Part shown: piece by piece, positions 9,591 to 17,911 of the stretch
Layout: every line of letters starts with the position of its first letter
Position numbering within the stretch: the stretch's first letter is position 1
Assembly: GCA_016183175.1 (NCBI GenBank)
Contig: JACPFC010000054.1
Location: 8,313 to 72,312, forward strand
Reading direction: 5' to 3'
Origin: Deltaproteobacteria bacterium
GTDB lineage: Bacteria; UBA10199; SBBF01
DNA: 64,000 bases
Notes under the pieces: model-generated
What the model saw: only the letters and a program-made list of their open reading frames with translations
The model's database searches: none
Told to the model about the DNA's origin: nothing
Position numbers and translations under genes: made by a program

Positions 9591-9878
9591 ATGCTTGACC
9601 GCATGAAATTGCCGACTCTTTTTGTTTTTCTCCTTGCGGTTCTTGTCCCCTCAATTTCGTCTGCCGACGAAATCACCCATTCCCTCGGCAATGCCGTCTA
9701 TGCCGTCCGCGAGGCGCGGATATGGCATGCCGACACGAAAAGCCCCGACCATTATCGCGTGGCGGTGAATCTCCTGCAGAAAGCCCAGAATACGGCGAAC
9801 AAAGACGAAGCCCTGCATCTGGCCGCCGAGGCTGAAAAAGAGGCACAACTTGCCCTCCAAGAGGCCTGGAACAAATAA
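9591..9878 (+). CDS. hypothetical small secreted protein
   Basis: 95 aa, N-terminal signal peptide (LPTLFVFLLAVLVPSISSA), helical C-terminus. Confidence 0.5.
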   Translation: MLDRMKLPTLFVFLLAVLVPSISSADEITHSLGNAVYAVREARIWHADTKSPDHYRVAVNLLQKAQNTANKDEALHLAAEAEKEAQLALQEAWNK

Positions 9879-9880
9879 TC

Positions 9881-10810
9881 ATGCCGAAAACCGGAATCGT
9901 TTGGGACGAACGTTATCTTGCGCATGACACCGGAACCGGTCATCCGGAATCCCCCCGTCGTCTGCTGGCCATCAAAGAGGTTCTTGATACCGACTCCACG
10001 CTTGTTTCCATCCCCCCCCGTTTGGCCACCAAAGAAGAGGTTGGCTGGGTTCATTCGAAAGAACACATCGAGAATGTCGAAAAAACGCGGGGCGTCCCTC
10101 ACGGCTATTTTGACCTCGACACGCCGGTCTCCGCCGATTCGGCGGAGGCCGCCTTTCTGGCGGTCGGGGGCTTACTTACGGCCGCCGAGGCGGTTTTTTC
10201 GGGAAAGGTGGACAACGCCTTCGCCTTTCCCCGGCCGCCGGGACACCATGCCGAATCGACACGCGCGATGGGATTCTGCCTTTTCAACAACATCGCCGTC
10301 GCCGCCGAATATCTGGTTCGCCAAAAGGGGCTCAAACGGATTGCCATTGTCGATATCGACGTTCATCACGGAAACGGAACCCAGCATTTTTTTTATGCTC
10401 GGGACGACGTTTTCTACGTCTCGACCCACCGCTATCCGTTCTATCCGGGAACCGGAGCTGTCGACGAAACGGGAACGGGAAAAGGGAAGGGGTACACCTT
10501 GAATCTTCCCTTCGACGCCCTCGGAGATGATGACGATTATGCGAAGGGGTATGATAAAAAAATTCTTCCGGCCCTTCACGAATACAAACCGGAGTTTGTC
10601 CTCGTTTCGGCCGGATTCGACGCGCATCGGCGCGATCCGCTTGGCGGCATGAAAATCACCAAAGGGGGATTTAAGATGATGGCGCGAAATCTCTTCGATG
10701 TCGCCCAAAAATATTCAGGCGCAAAAATCGTTTTTGTTCTGGAAGGGGGATATGATATGAAAGGGTTGCAGGAAGGGGTCGAGGCCGTTCTGGAGGTGAT
10801 CCATGCGTAG
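9881..10810 (+). CDS. histone deacetylase-family (AcuC/HDAC-like) amidohydrolase
   Basis: HPESPRRL...HHGNGTQHFFYARDDVFYVSTHRYPFYPGTG motifs. Confidence 0.8.
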   Translation: MPKTGIVWDERYLAHDTGTGHPESPRRLLAIKEVLDTDSTLVSIPPRLATKEEVGWVHSKEHIENVEKTRGVPHGYFDLDTPVSADSAEAAFLAVGGLLTAAEAVFSGKVDNAFAFPRPPGHHAESTRAMGFCLFNNIAVAAEYLVRQKGLKRIAIVDIDVHHGNGTQHFFYARDDVFYVSTHRYPFYPGTGAVDETGTGKGKGYTLNLPFDALGDDDDYAKGYDKKILPALHEYKPEFVLVSAGFDAHRRDPLGGMKITKGGFKMMARNLFDVAQKYSGAKIVFVLEGGYDMKGLQEGVEAVLEVIHA

Positions 10811-11372
10811 AAATTTGAAACTGCGGTGTTTATTCTGTGTTTCAATTTTGTTGTTCGTCGGTAGCGAGGTGAAAGGAGAGAGTATGAAATTTTCAGAACC
10901 GTCGGCGCCGATGCCATTTGAGGCCGGCAAAAAATACGAGGCGGTCATCAAAACCGGCAAAGGGGACATCACGGTGGAGCTTTATCCCGACAAGGCCCCT
11001 CTGTCGGCCACCAATTTTATCCAACTGGCAAAAGGGGGGTTTTACAACGGGCTGACCTTTCACCGGGTGGAGCCCGGTTTTGTCATTCAAGGGGGAGACC
11101 CGGCAGGGAACGGCAGTGGCGGACCGGGTTATACCATTCCTGCCGAGATCGGCCTCCCGCACAAAAACGGGGCGCTTGCCTGGGCCCGCACCGGCGACCA
11201 AGTGAATCCCCAGCGCCGCTCCAGTGGTTCGCAGTTCTACATCACCCTGCAGGCGACGCCGTTTTTGGACGGGGCTTATACGGTCTTCGGCCAGACCATC
11301 GCCGGCATGGATGTCGTCTCCAATATCCGGCGGGGGGACAAGATCAACTCCATTGAAATTGTCGTGAAGTGA
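10803..11372 (+). CDS. peptidyl-prolyl cis-trans isomerase, cyclophilin type, secreted
   Basis: FHRVEPGFVIQGGDPAGNGSGGPGYTIPAEI...; signal peptide. Confidence 0.85.
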   Translation: MRRNLKLRCLFCVSILLFVGSEVKGESMKFSEPSAPMPFEAGKKYEAVIKTGKGDITVELYPDKAPLSATNFIQLAKGGFYNGLTFHRVEPGFVIQGGDPAGNGSGGPGYTIPAEIGLPHKNGALAWARTGDQVNPQRRSSGSQFYITLQATPFLDGAYTVFGQTIAGMDVVSNIRRGDKINSIEIVVK

Positions 11373-12096
11373 ACTTGTCGACGGCAACGGAATCCTCGCC
11401 GGAATCCTCAAGGGAATCGTTATCGGAATCTTCATCTGAATCTTCATCGCCGTCCTCAAAGGAATCTTCGGAGTCGGAATCTTCATCGGCATCATCAAGG
11501 GAATCTCGGGAGTCTTCGGCGTCTTCCCCGTCTTCCCCGTCAGGCGTTTTGCCGTCGGGGCCCGCAGGAAAGAGGGAGTCGTCCACGCAGTCGGGATAGG
11601 GAGATTCGCCGCAGAGAGGGGCATCCAGCGGAACAAGAAAGGGCCCTACGTAAGGCGCTTCCTTGCAGGATGTCGAGGCGAGCGCGTAGATGTCCTTGTC
11701 CGTTCCGTCATCGTCATAATAAGAGGCGGCGTAGTAGAAGGTGCAAACCTGCCCGTCGCGAAAACAGTCTCCCTGAAACCGGTCTGTCGAAATGGAGGCG
11801 ACACAGATGATCACATCTCCGGAGTAGGTTCCTTCCCTGTCCGGGGCAAAATAATAGTTGCCGTCCTCCCAGTTGATGAGAGCCGTAAAGACGGTATCGT
11901 TATACTCGATCAGGAGCGTTTCACCCGAATGGGTCACCAGGATGAGGTCTTCGTCAAAATCCCCGTCGCTTCCGGGCGAGGAGTACGACGAATCATCCCA
12001 GCTGTCGTAATAACCCTCTCCCAATCCGCATCCGGTTCCCGCAACGGATGTTGCGGTCAGTGTTAAAAGCAGAAGGCTTGTTTTGAAGTGTTTCAT
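11344..12096 (-). CDS. hypothetical secreted/lipoprotein with highly acidic D/E/S-rich C-terminal tail
   Basis: Signal peptide + lipobox-like LTLTATSVAGTGC; aromatic/acidic body; RBS AAGGAGG upstream of ATG at 12096. Confidence 0.55.
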   Translation of the reverse strand: MKHFKTSLLLLTLTATSVAGTGCGLGEGYYDSWDDSSYSSPGSDGDFDEDLILVTHSGETLLIEYNDTVFTALINWEDGNYYFAPDREGTYSGDVIICVASISTDRFQGDCFRDGQVCTFYYAASYYDDDGTDKDIYALASTSCKEAPYVGPFLVPLDAPLCGESPYPDCVDDSLFPAGPDGKTPDGEDGEDAEDSRDSLDDADEDSDSEDSFEDGDEDSDEDSDNDSLEDSGEDSVAVDKFTSRQFQWS

Positions 12097-12140
12097 ATGG
12101 CGATCCTCCTTGTTTTATTTTTGATTAAAACCTTCAATGG

Positions 12141-12210
12141 CGTTTGCAATCTCCGCTCCCGCCTCGCTTTATCCTCCCTATTCGGTCGGCGCTCGGCGGG
12201 AACCCTCCTT
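12141..12210. repeat. REP-like repeat (family 3), inverse copy of 31262-31340
   Basis: GCGTTTGCAATCTCCGCTCCCGCCTCGCTTTATCCTCCCTATTCGGTCGGCGCTCGGCGGGAACCCTCC matches the reverse complement of 31262-31340. Confidence 0.4.
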
Positions 12211-12431
12211 TCGACAACAAGGAGGAAGCAATCGGCGTGCCAAGAGGGACACGGATCAGGTTTTTGAAATTTGCGCGTAATTTTAACGGGTTATATTCCG
12301 GCCCGAGGGCGCTCCCGAAAAACGGGACCCGCGGAATTGACCAAAATTGACCAAAATCGGCCGTCAAAATCGGCCGGCGAATTTTTCTTTTCCAACTCAA
12401 CCTCTGCACTGGTATACTTTCATCCACGCCG

Positions 12432-13334
12432 ATGAAGTTGCGCGGAAGACAGGGGAGGGGGGTTTTTCAAACCGGGTGGCTTTGCCTCGTTGCATGGGCC
12501 GGTCTGTCCTGTGCCGACCCTCTTTACTCCGATGAGCCGTACAGCTACCAATCTGAATCCTGGCGTTGCCCGGACGAGGCTGTTTCCTTAAACCAGGAGC
12601 TGGTCTCGGCCTTTGGCAATGTCACCATCCAGGATGTTTCCGACACTTCTTTTGTCGAACCGGGAGAGCAGGTCTATTTTCGCTACCTTTTGGGAGCGGA
12701 CCAGTACTGGAACTGGGGCGGGGGGGAAGAAGACGCCATCATCTATAGTTTCTACGAGTACTATTATCTTGTCCTGTCCACCGGCGATGTCCTGGTTTTG
12801 AAGTTTGAATATGAATACCCCTTTTCCGCCGCGGAAGATCCCCTCACGGGGATCTACTATCTCTTTGACGCATCCAATGCGGCGGATCTGGAAACGCTGA
12901 ATGCGACACTGGCCGGGGAACAGGCCGACACATACCACAGCTTCATATGGGAAAGGGCCTTGAGTGACGATTATTACGGAGAGAGCGATGAGTTCAGCAT
13001 GTCGGTGACAGCGGCCGGCGAAGGGGTCTATCATCTTGAAACAACCATCGACCTGCACAATCTGACGGGGATTGATGAGGCCGGATTTTATACGATCGGT
13101 TTTGACAGGACAATCGGGACGGAAAACATTCAAGGGGGCTATCTGGACGCTTATCTGCTGTCATTATACGACTCCGAGGCCAATCCCGATTCCTGGCAGG
13201 AACTTTATCTCAATGACGTGTTCATCGGCGTGTCCGACGGCTCGGAGACATGGGGGGAATACGATGACTATTGCGGGCCGGGAGGCGGAAACATCGTCAA
13301 TCCCGTCGTCCTGGAGCCGGATGAAGATATCTGA
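12432..13334 (+). CDS. hypothetical secreted acidic, aromatic-rich protein
   Basis: 300 aa, signal peptide, very acidic with many Y/W/F; no recognised domain. Confidence 0.55.
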   Translation: MKLRGRQGRGVFQTGWLCLVAWAGLSCADPLYSDEPYSYQSESWRCPDEAVSLNQELVSAFGNVTIQDVSDTSFVEPGEQVYFRYLLGADQYWNWGGGEEDAIIYSFYEYYYLVLSTGDVLVLKFEYEYPFSAAEDPLTGIYYLFDASNAADLETLNATLAGEQADTYHSFIWERALSDDYYGESDEFSMSVTAAGEGVYHLETTIDLHNLTGIDEAGFYTIGFDRTIGTENIQGGYLDAYLLSLYDSEANPDSWQELYLNDVFIGVSDGSETWGEYDDYCGPGGGNIVNPVVLEPDEDI

Positions 13335-13434
13335 AGGCGGCAGGGCCGCCAGCCAAATGGTCCAGATGGACCTGCAAACGGTTCGCAAACTGTGCAAAGA
13401 AGTTGCGGAGAAAGAATCTGAAAGGAGGGTTTTT

Positions 13435-14316
13435 ATGAGCAAGGTGAGGATCGCGACGATATTCCTGTTTTTTGCCGTGATGTGCCTGAACCGTTGCACC
13501 TGCAGTACCGAGGAGGGCTCCACGACGACGCGCATCTGCCCCGAGGACGTGGATGTAACCGACCTCTTTCTCGACGACATGACCTCGATTTCGGTGGTCG
13601 ATGACGCCGATTCCACGCTCGTGTCCGCCGACATGGCCTATTATCACCGGCTTGTGTCCGCCGACGGCCAGCGCGACGAGCATCTGGTTTTGTCTTTGGC
13701 CGACGGCAAAACCCTTGAGATCGTCTGGGGGGAGGACGCCGGGGATATCGACACATTGGCGGAAAGCGGGGTGTTGGAGGTTTCTTCGGGCTGGTATGCC
13801 GTTCATGACACCCTCTCGGTCCCGACATTCGCCCAGTTTGACGAATGTTCCTACGAGGTCGGTTCCTCGACAACCGAGGCAACCCCCTGTAGCGCCTATT
13901 TTTCAAACCTCTCCTCGGACAGTTTCAGCGGGCTGGAGGCGACGCGCAACGCCGGGGATTCCTTTGCGTTTGGCGCCCTGGAGGTCAGCGATACGATCGG
14001 GGCCTTCGAGATTTCCTTCAACGCCCATTACGCGGAAGGACGGATTATCGCCGATTTCCCCGAGACCGTGGAATTCTGCCGGATCAAGGTGCTGTCCTGC
14101 TTCGGCGATTGCGGCGACTGCCCGGAAGGCTACACGGCCACCGGTGGAATTTGCGAGGACACAGGCTGTTCACTCACCTGTTCCGATTGTGAATATCAGG
14201 ACGGAAGCGGCAACACACTCGCTCTCGACCAAGCAGAGGTGGAGGCCTCCTGCGAGATCGACGCGGACCACAGCATGAATCTGGACTTCACCGCTTCCCT
14301 CTCCACGGGGGATTGA
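13435..14316 (+). CDS. hypothetical secreted acidic Cys-containing protein
   Basis: Start at MSKVRIATIFLFFAVMC (RBS AAAGGAGGG); Cys-rich C-terminal region (CFGDCGDCPEGY...CSLTCSDCEY). Confidence 0.55.
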   Translation: MSKVRIATIFLFFAVMCLNRCTCSTEEGSTTTRICPEDVDVTDLFLDDMTSISVVDDADSTLVSADMAYYHRLVSADGQRDEHLVLSLADGKTLEIVWGEDAGDIDTLAESGVLEVSSGWYAVHDTLSVPTFAQFDECSYEVGSSTTEATPCSAYFSNLSSDSFSGLEATRNAGDSFAFGALEVSDTIGAFEISFNAHYAEGRIIADFPETVEFCRIKVLSCFGDCGDCPEGYTATGGICEDTGCSLTCSDCEYQDGSGNTLALDQAEVEASCEIDADHSMNLDFTASLSTGD

Positions 14317-14324
14317 GGAGCCAA

Positions 14325-14437
14325 CAAAGGGAACCTTTTGACGAGGCAATTTTTGCTCCCTGCCGGACACTCGACGCTGAAGGAACAATCCAGCACGTGA
14401 CGGCTTGCAAAAATTGCGCGGACAAAAGGTTCCCTTT
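14325..14437. terminator. long hairpin (about 30-bp stem) between convergent genes, putative bidirectional terminator
   Basis: CAAAGGGAACCTTTTGACGAGGCAATTTTTGC...GCAAAAATTGCGCGGACAAAAGGTTCCCTTTG inverted repeat. Confidence 0.4.
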
Positions 14438-14460
14438 GCCGGCGGCGCAAAACAAGTCCG

Positions 14461-14853
14461 TTACGCTACTGCCTGTTTTGGTTTCGTTAGAAGCGCCAGT
14501 ATCCCGCCAACGATCAACACAGCGGTGGCTACGAAGGCCTGGGGCGCCAGAACCCCCGGCACAATGGCCGCTATCAGCATGACAAGACCGCTTAATTTGC
14601 CCAGCTTGAAAACGAGAATCGAGGCCAGAAGGGCGAGTAACCCCAGCCCCACCAGCGCATAGCCGGCGTTTTTGAGCTTGCCGACCGAGGCCAGGCTCTC
14701 GGCCATCGCGCCGCCGGCCCCCATCTGATCGGCCATCTGTTGCATCGAGGCGATGGTCGATTCATACTTGTTGTAATCGGTGACCCATTTCGACCCCAGA
14801 CCCAAAGCGGCCAACGATCCGATTAAACCGATGATCAATGCGGCAATTTTCAT
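14461..14853 (-). CDS. hypothetical small membrane protein (3 TM helices)
   Basis: 130 aa, hydrophobic segments, RBS AAGGAG upstream. Confidence 0.55.
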   Translation of the reverse strand: MKIAALIIGLIGSLAALGLGSKWVTDYNKYESTIASMQQMADQMGAGGAMAESLASVGKLKNAGYALVGLGLLALLASILVFKLGKLSGLVMLIAAIVPGVLAPQAFVATAVLIVGGILALLTKPKQAVA

Positions 14854-14908
14854 ATAGGCTCCTTATTTTTGAAAGGTGAAAAAAGCGACGGCAAGCGTAT
14901 TCCATTCC

Positions 14909-17479
14909 CTAAAAATCGTAAATAAAGAAATCGGCCGACGAGCCGCCCCCCTCGATCCCCCCCGCTTCGGCATCCCCCGCGGTGAGATCAATCGGCGCGT
15001 CGAGGACGGCGGTGTTGATCTCCTTGGGGATCTCAAAATTGGCTACCGGCTTTCCCTTCAGCACCTCCTGCATGTAATACAGAAAAATGGGGGCGGAGGT
15101 GTTCCCCCCCGTTTCGCGGGAGCCGATTTTCTGGACCTTGTCGAATCCCACCCAGACGCCGGCAAACAGGTCGGGGACATAGCCGACAAACCAGGTGTCG
15201 GTCTCGTCGTTGGTGGTTCCGGTTTTTCCCGCCGCCGGGCGGCCGAGCGCCCTGACCTTGTATCCGGTGCCGTAGTTGACGACATCGTTCATCAGCTGGA
15301 CCATCGTGTAGGCGGTGCGCGGCGAGATGACATACCCTTCCGGGACATAATCGCCGTAGAGAATCCGTTTTTCAATTTCGGTGAGTTTCAGCTTGTCATC
15401 CGCGATCCACTTTTCGCCTTCGGCCAGGAGGGATTCACTATAGCCGGAACCCTCTTTGGCCTCTTTCCGGTTCTCCCTGTTTTTGGCCAATTGTTCCGTG
15501 AAGGGGACAATCTGCCGCGGCCGGTATTCCTCCAGAACCCTTCCGTAACGGTCGGTGATCCGCTTCACGAAGACAAGTTCGGGAAGGATTCCGCCGTTGG
15601 GAAAGACGCCGTAGGCACGGGAGAGTTCATAGAGCTTCATGTCGTTGGCCCCCAGGGCCATCGAGTAATACCGGTTTATCGGCGTGGTTATTCCCAGCTT
15701 CCGCGCGTAGGCGTCGACGTATTCCACGCCGATATCCATGAGGATGCGCACGGTGACCACGTTGCGCGAATTGACTAGGCCGCTCCGGAAGGTGGTGGGG
15801 CCCTTGAAACCGCCGCCGTAGTTCTGGGGAGACCAAAAACGGCCGGGGGCATACTCGTAGAAGAGGGGGGCGTCCTCGATCACCGTGGAAAGCGAATAGC
15901 CCTTGTCCAGGGCGGCGGAATAGATGAGCGGCTTGATGGCCGAACCGGTCTGCCTTATGGCCTGCATTGCCCGGTTGAACTCGCTCTTTTTAAAATCGAG
16001 CCCCCCCACAATAGCCCGTACAAAGCCGCTTTGCGGCTCGTACGAAAAAAGCGCCCCCGCCACTTCAGGCTCCTGTTCCAGCGAGAAATAATTTTTGCCG
16101 GCCTCATAGCCCTTTCCCTTTGCGTCATCTCCGGGGATCTTCTTTTTCACCCAGATGACGTCGCCGACCGAAAAAGTCCCCCCTGGGTCGCGGATATAAT
16201 AGACATCGTTGTAACCGGCCGAGTTCAGGTTTCGTTTGCGGGCCCAGGCATAATCGTGCACACGGATGATTCCGGAAACATTTCCAACCAGCACCTCAAG
16301 ATTCTGCCCCTGACGGTCGACTTTCGTAACAACCGCCCGATAATACCGGCCGGGGATGATGGGGGTGGGACGGTTTGTCAGCTCATCATCCGAGAGGGGA
16401 TGAAAATAATCCCATTCTTCCTCCAATGTTTCCCTTGTGACCGCCAAATGGTTTTCCGCCGCAAATTTCGAAATATCCGCCTCGGGAATTTTTTGGATCG
16501 GCCCCGCGTATCCCTGGCGCTTGTCCAATTCCCGGATGCCACGCTCCACGGCCCGGTCCGCCGCTTTTTGCATGCCGGGATCGACGGTGGTGTAGATTTG
16601 GAGGCCATGGGTGTAGGGCACCTGTTCGCCGTATTTTTCCTGAATCGTGCGGCGGATGTATTCGGTGAACCAGGGGGTGTATTTGTCATTGAACTCCTTG
16701 TCGGTTTCGGCCCGGTAAACTTTAAGCGGAATGGCCCTGGCCTTTTCCCTCTGTTCCTTTGTGATAAAACCGACCTCAAACATCCGGTCGATGACATACT
16801 CCTGTCGCTCCTTGGCCTGTGCCGGGTTGGTGATGGGGGAATAAAGCGAGGGGGCTTTCGCCAGCCCCGCGATCAGCGCGGCCTCGGCGATGTTCAATTC
16901 CCTGCATGTCTTGTGAAAATAGTTGCGGGATGCCGCCTCAACGCCGTAGGCGCGGTTGCCGAAGAAGGTTTGGTTGAGGTAGAGGTTCAGGATTTCTTCC
17001 TTGTTGAAATTTTTTTCGATGCGGGTGGCCAGAATCGCCTCCTTGATTTTGCGGTTGATGGTCCTTTCGCTGGATAAAAGGAGAGATTTGGTGATCTGCT
17101 GGGTGATTGTAGAACCCCCCTGCACCACATGGCCCGCCTTCAGGTTTTCAAAAAAGGCGCGGACGATGCTTTGATAGTCGATTCCCTTGTGCTCGAAAAA
17201 ACGGTCATCCTCGCTGGCGACGATGGCCTGAACCATTGTCTTCGGCATTTCTTTGGGGGAGAGGACGAAACGCTTTTCGGTCCAGAACTCGCCGATTTTT
17301 GTTCCGTCGGCGGAATAAACCTCAGAGACCACCGGAGGATTGTAGTCCTTCAGGCTGTCCAGCCTGGGGAGATCGCGGGAAAAGTAGTAGTAGAGGCCGA
17401 AGCCGGAGACGATCGCCGTAATGAACAGGAGGACGCCGATAACCAGAATCAGACGGACAAGCCTGAAGAGATGAAGCAT
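14909..17479 (-). CDS. mrcA: penicillin-binding protein 1A (bifunctional glycosyltransferase/transpeptidase)
   Basis: 856 aa; N-terminal TM helix, GT51 motifs (EDDRFFEHKGID, GGSTITQQ), transpeptidase SxxK. Confidence 0.85.
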   Translation of the reverse strand: MLHLFRLVRLILVIGVLLFITAIVSGFGLYYYFSRDLPRLDSLKDYNPPVVSEVYSADGTKIGEFWTEKRFVLSPKEMPKTMVQAIVASEDDRFFEHKGIDYQSIVRAFFENLKAGHVVQGGSTITQQITKSLLLSSERTINRKIKEAILATRIEKNFNKEEILNLYLNQTFFGNRAYGVEAASRNYFHKTCRELNIAEAALIAGLAKAPSLYSPITNPAQAKERQEYVIDRMFEVGFITKEQREKARAIPLKVYRAETDKEFNDKYTPWFTEYIRRTIQEKYGEQVPYTHGLQIYTTVDPGMQKAADRAVERGIRELDKRQGYAGPIQKIPEADISKFAAENHLAVTRETLEEEWDYFHPLSDDELTNRPTPIIPGRYYRAVVTKVDRQGQNLEVLVGNVSGIIRVHDYAWARKRNLNSAGYNDVYYIRDPGGTFSVGDVIWVKKKIPGDDAKGKGYEAGKNYFSLEQEPEVAGALFSYEPQSGFVRAIVGGLDFKKSEFNRAMQAIRQTGSAIKPLIYSAALDKGYSLSTVIEDAPLFYEYAPGRFWSPQNYGGGFKGPTTFRSGLVNSRNVVTVRILMDIGVEYVDAYARKLGITTPINRYYSMALGANDMKLYELSRAYGVFPNGGILPELVFVKRITDRYGRVLEEYRPRQIVPFTEQLAKNRENRKEAKEGSGYSESLLAEGEKWIADDKLKLTEIEKRILYGDYVPEGYVISPRTAYTMVQLMNDVVNYGTGYKVRALGRPAAGKTGTTNDETDTWFVGYVPDLFAGVWVGFDKVQKIGSRETGGNTSAPIFLYYMQEVLKGKPVANFEIPKEINTAVLDAPIDLTAGDAEAGGIEGGGSSADFFIYDF

Positions 17480-17582
17480 AGGAAAAGCTCTTTTCTAGCA
17501 TACGCATTTTAACGCACGCAAGGCATTAAATAGTTTTTTCTCTTTCCATTTTGCCTCCAATTCAGATAGACAAATGCCCCTC

Positions 17583-17610
17583 GCGCGGGTGGTGGAATTG
17601 GCAGACACGC
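17583..17610 (+). other. 28-nt tRNA 5' fragment (acceptor + D-arm), partial duplicate of downstream tRNA-Leu
   Basis: GCGCGGGTGGTGGAATTGGCAGACACGC vs tRNA-Leu 5' end GCCGCTGTGGTGTAATTGGCAGACACGC (23/28 identical, D-arm nearly identical). Confidence 0.4.
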
Positions 17611-17623
17611 TTTCCGATAACGA

Positions 17624-17707
17624 GCCGCTGTGGTGTAATTGGCAGACACGCCGCATTCAGGGTGCGGTGGGGGCAACCCCGTGGAGGTTCGAGTCCTCTC
17701 AGCGGCA
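17624..17707 (+). tRNA. tRNA-Leu (anticodon CAG), type II with long variable arm
   Basis: Cloverleaf: acceptor GCCGCTG/CAGCGGC, D-stem GTGT/ACAC, anticodon stem CCGCA/TGCGG with loop TTCAGGG, variable arm GGGG..CCCC, T-loop TTCGAGT; no encoded CCA. Confidence 0.85.
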
Positions 17708-17710
17708 CAT

Positions 17711-17900
17711 GCGAAAGGGGTTTCCGCCACACTGCGTGGCGGACCCGCCATGTCGTTTGGCGGGCAAGTCCCCCCCCGCGCACATTTTATTTGGGGCCCT
17801 TTCGGCCCGTTTGTTGCTACTCGCGTCGATTTATTTCGCCCGCCAATACTTTGTGGCGGGCCAAACCCCGCGCAAATCACCGGCAAAGCGGGATGATTTG
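17711..17900. repeat. REP-like GC-rich palindromic repeat cluster (family 1) downstream of tRNA-Leu
   Basis: Hairpins CCGCCACACTGCGTGGCGG, CGGACCCGCCATGTCGTTTGGCGGGC, GGGCCCTTTCGGCCC, CGCCCGCCAATACTTTGTGGCGGGCC. Confidence 0.45.
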
Positions 17901-17911
17901 CTTGATCATTT

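Noticed and set aside
12588-13133. 181-aa ORF on the minus strand, and similar antisense ORFs (10893-11636, 16031-17077, 31502-32074, 53162-53659, 57602-58558)
   Set aside because: Each is antisense to a well-supported gene (secreted protein, PPIase, PBP1A, GA-rich protein, lipA, nadB). Low-complexity or GC-driven open frames typical of high-GC genomes; no independent support.
17583-17610. Second complete tRNA gene upstream of tRNA-Leu
   Set aside because: Only acceptor plus D-arm are present; the following sequence cannot form anticodon or T arms. Kept as a fragment.
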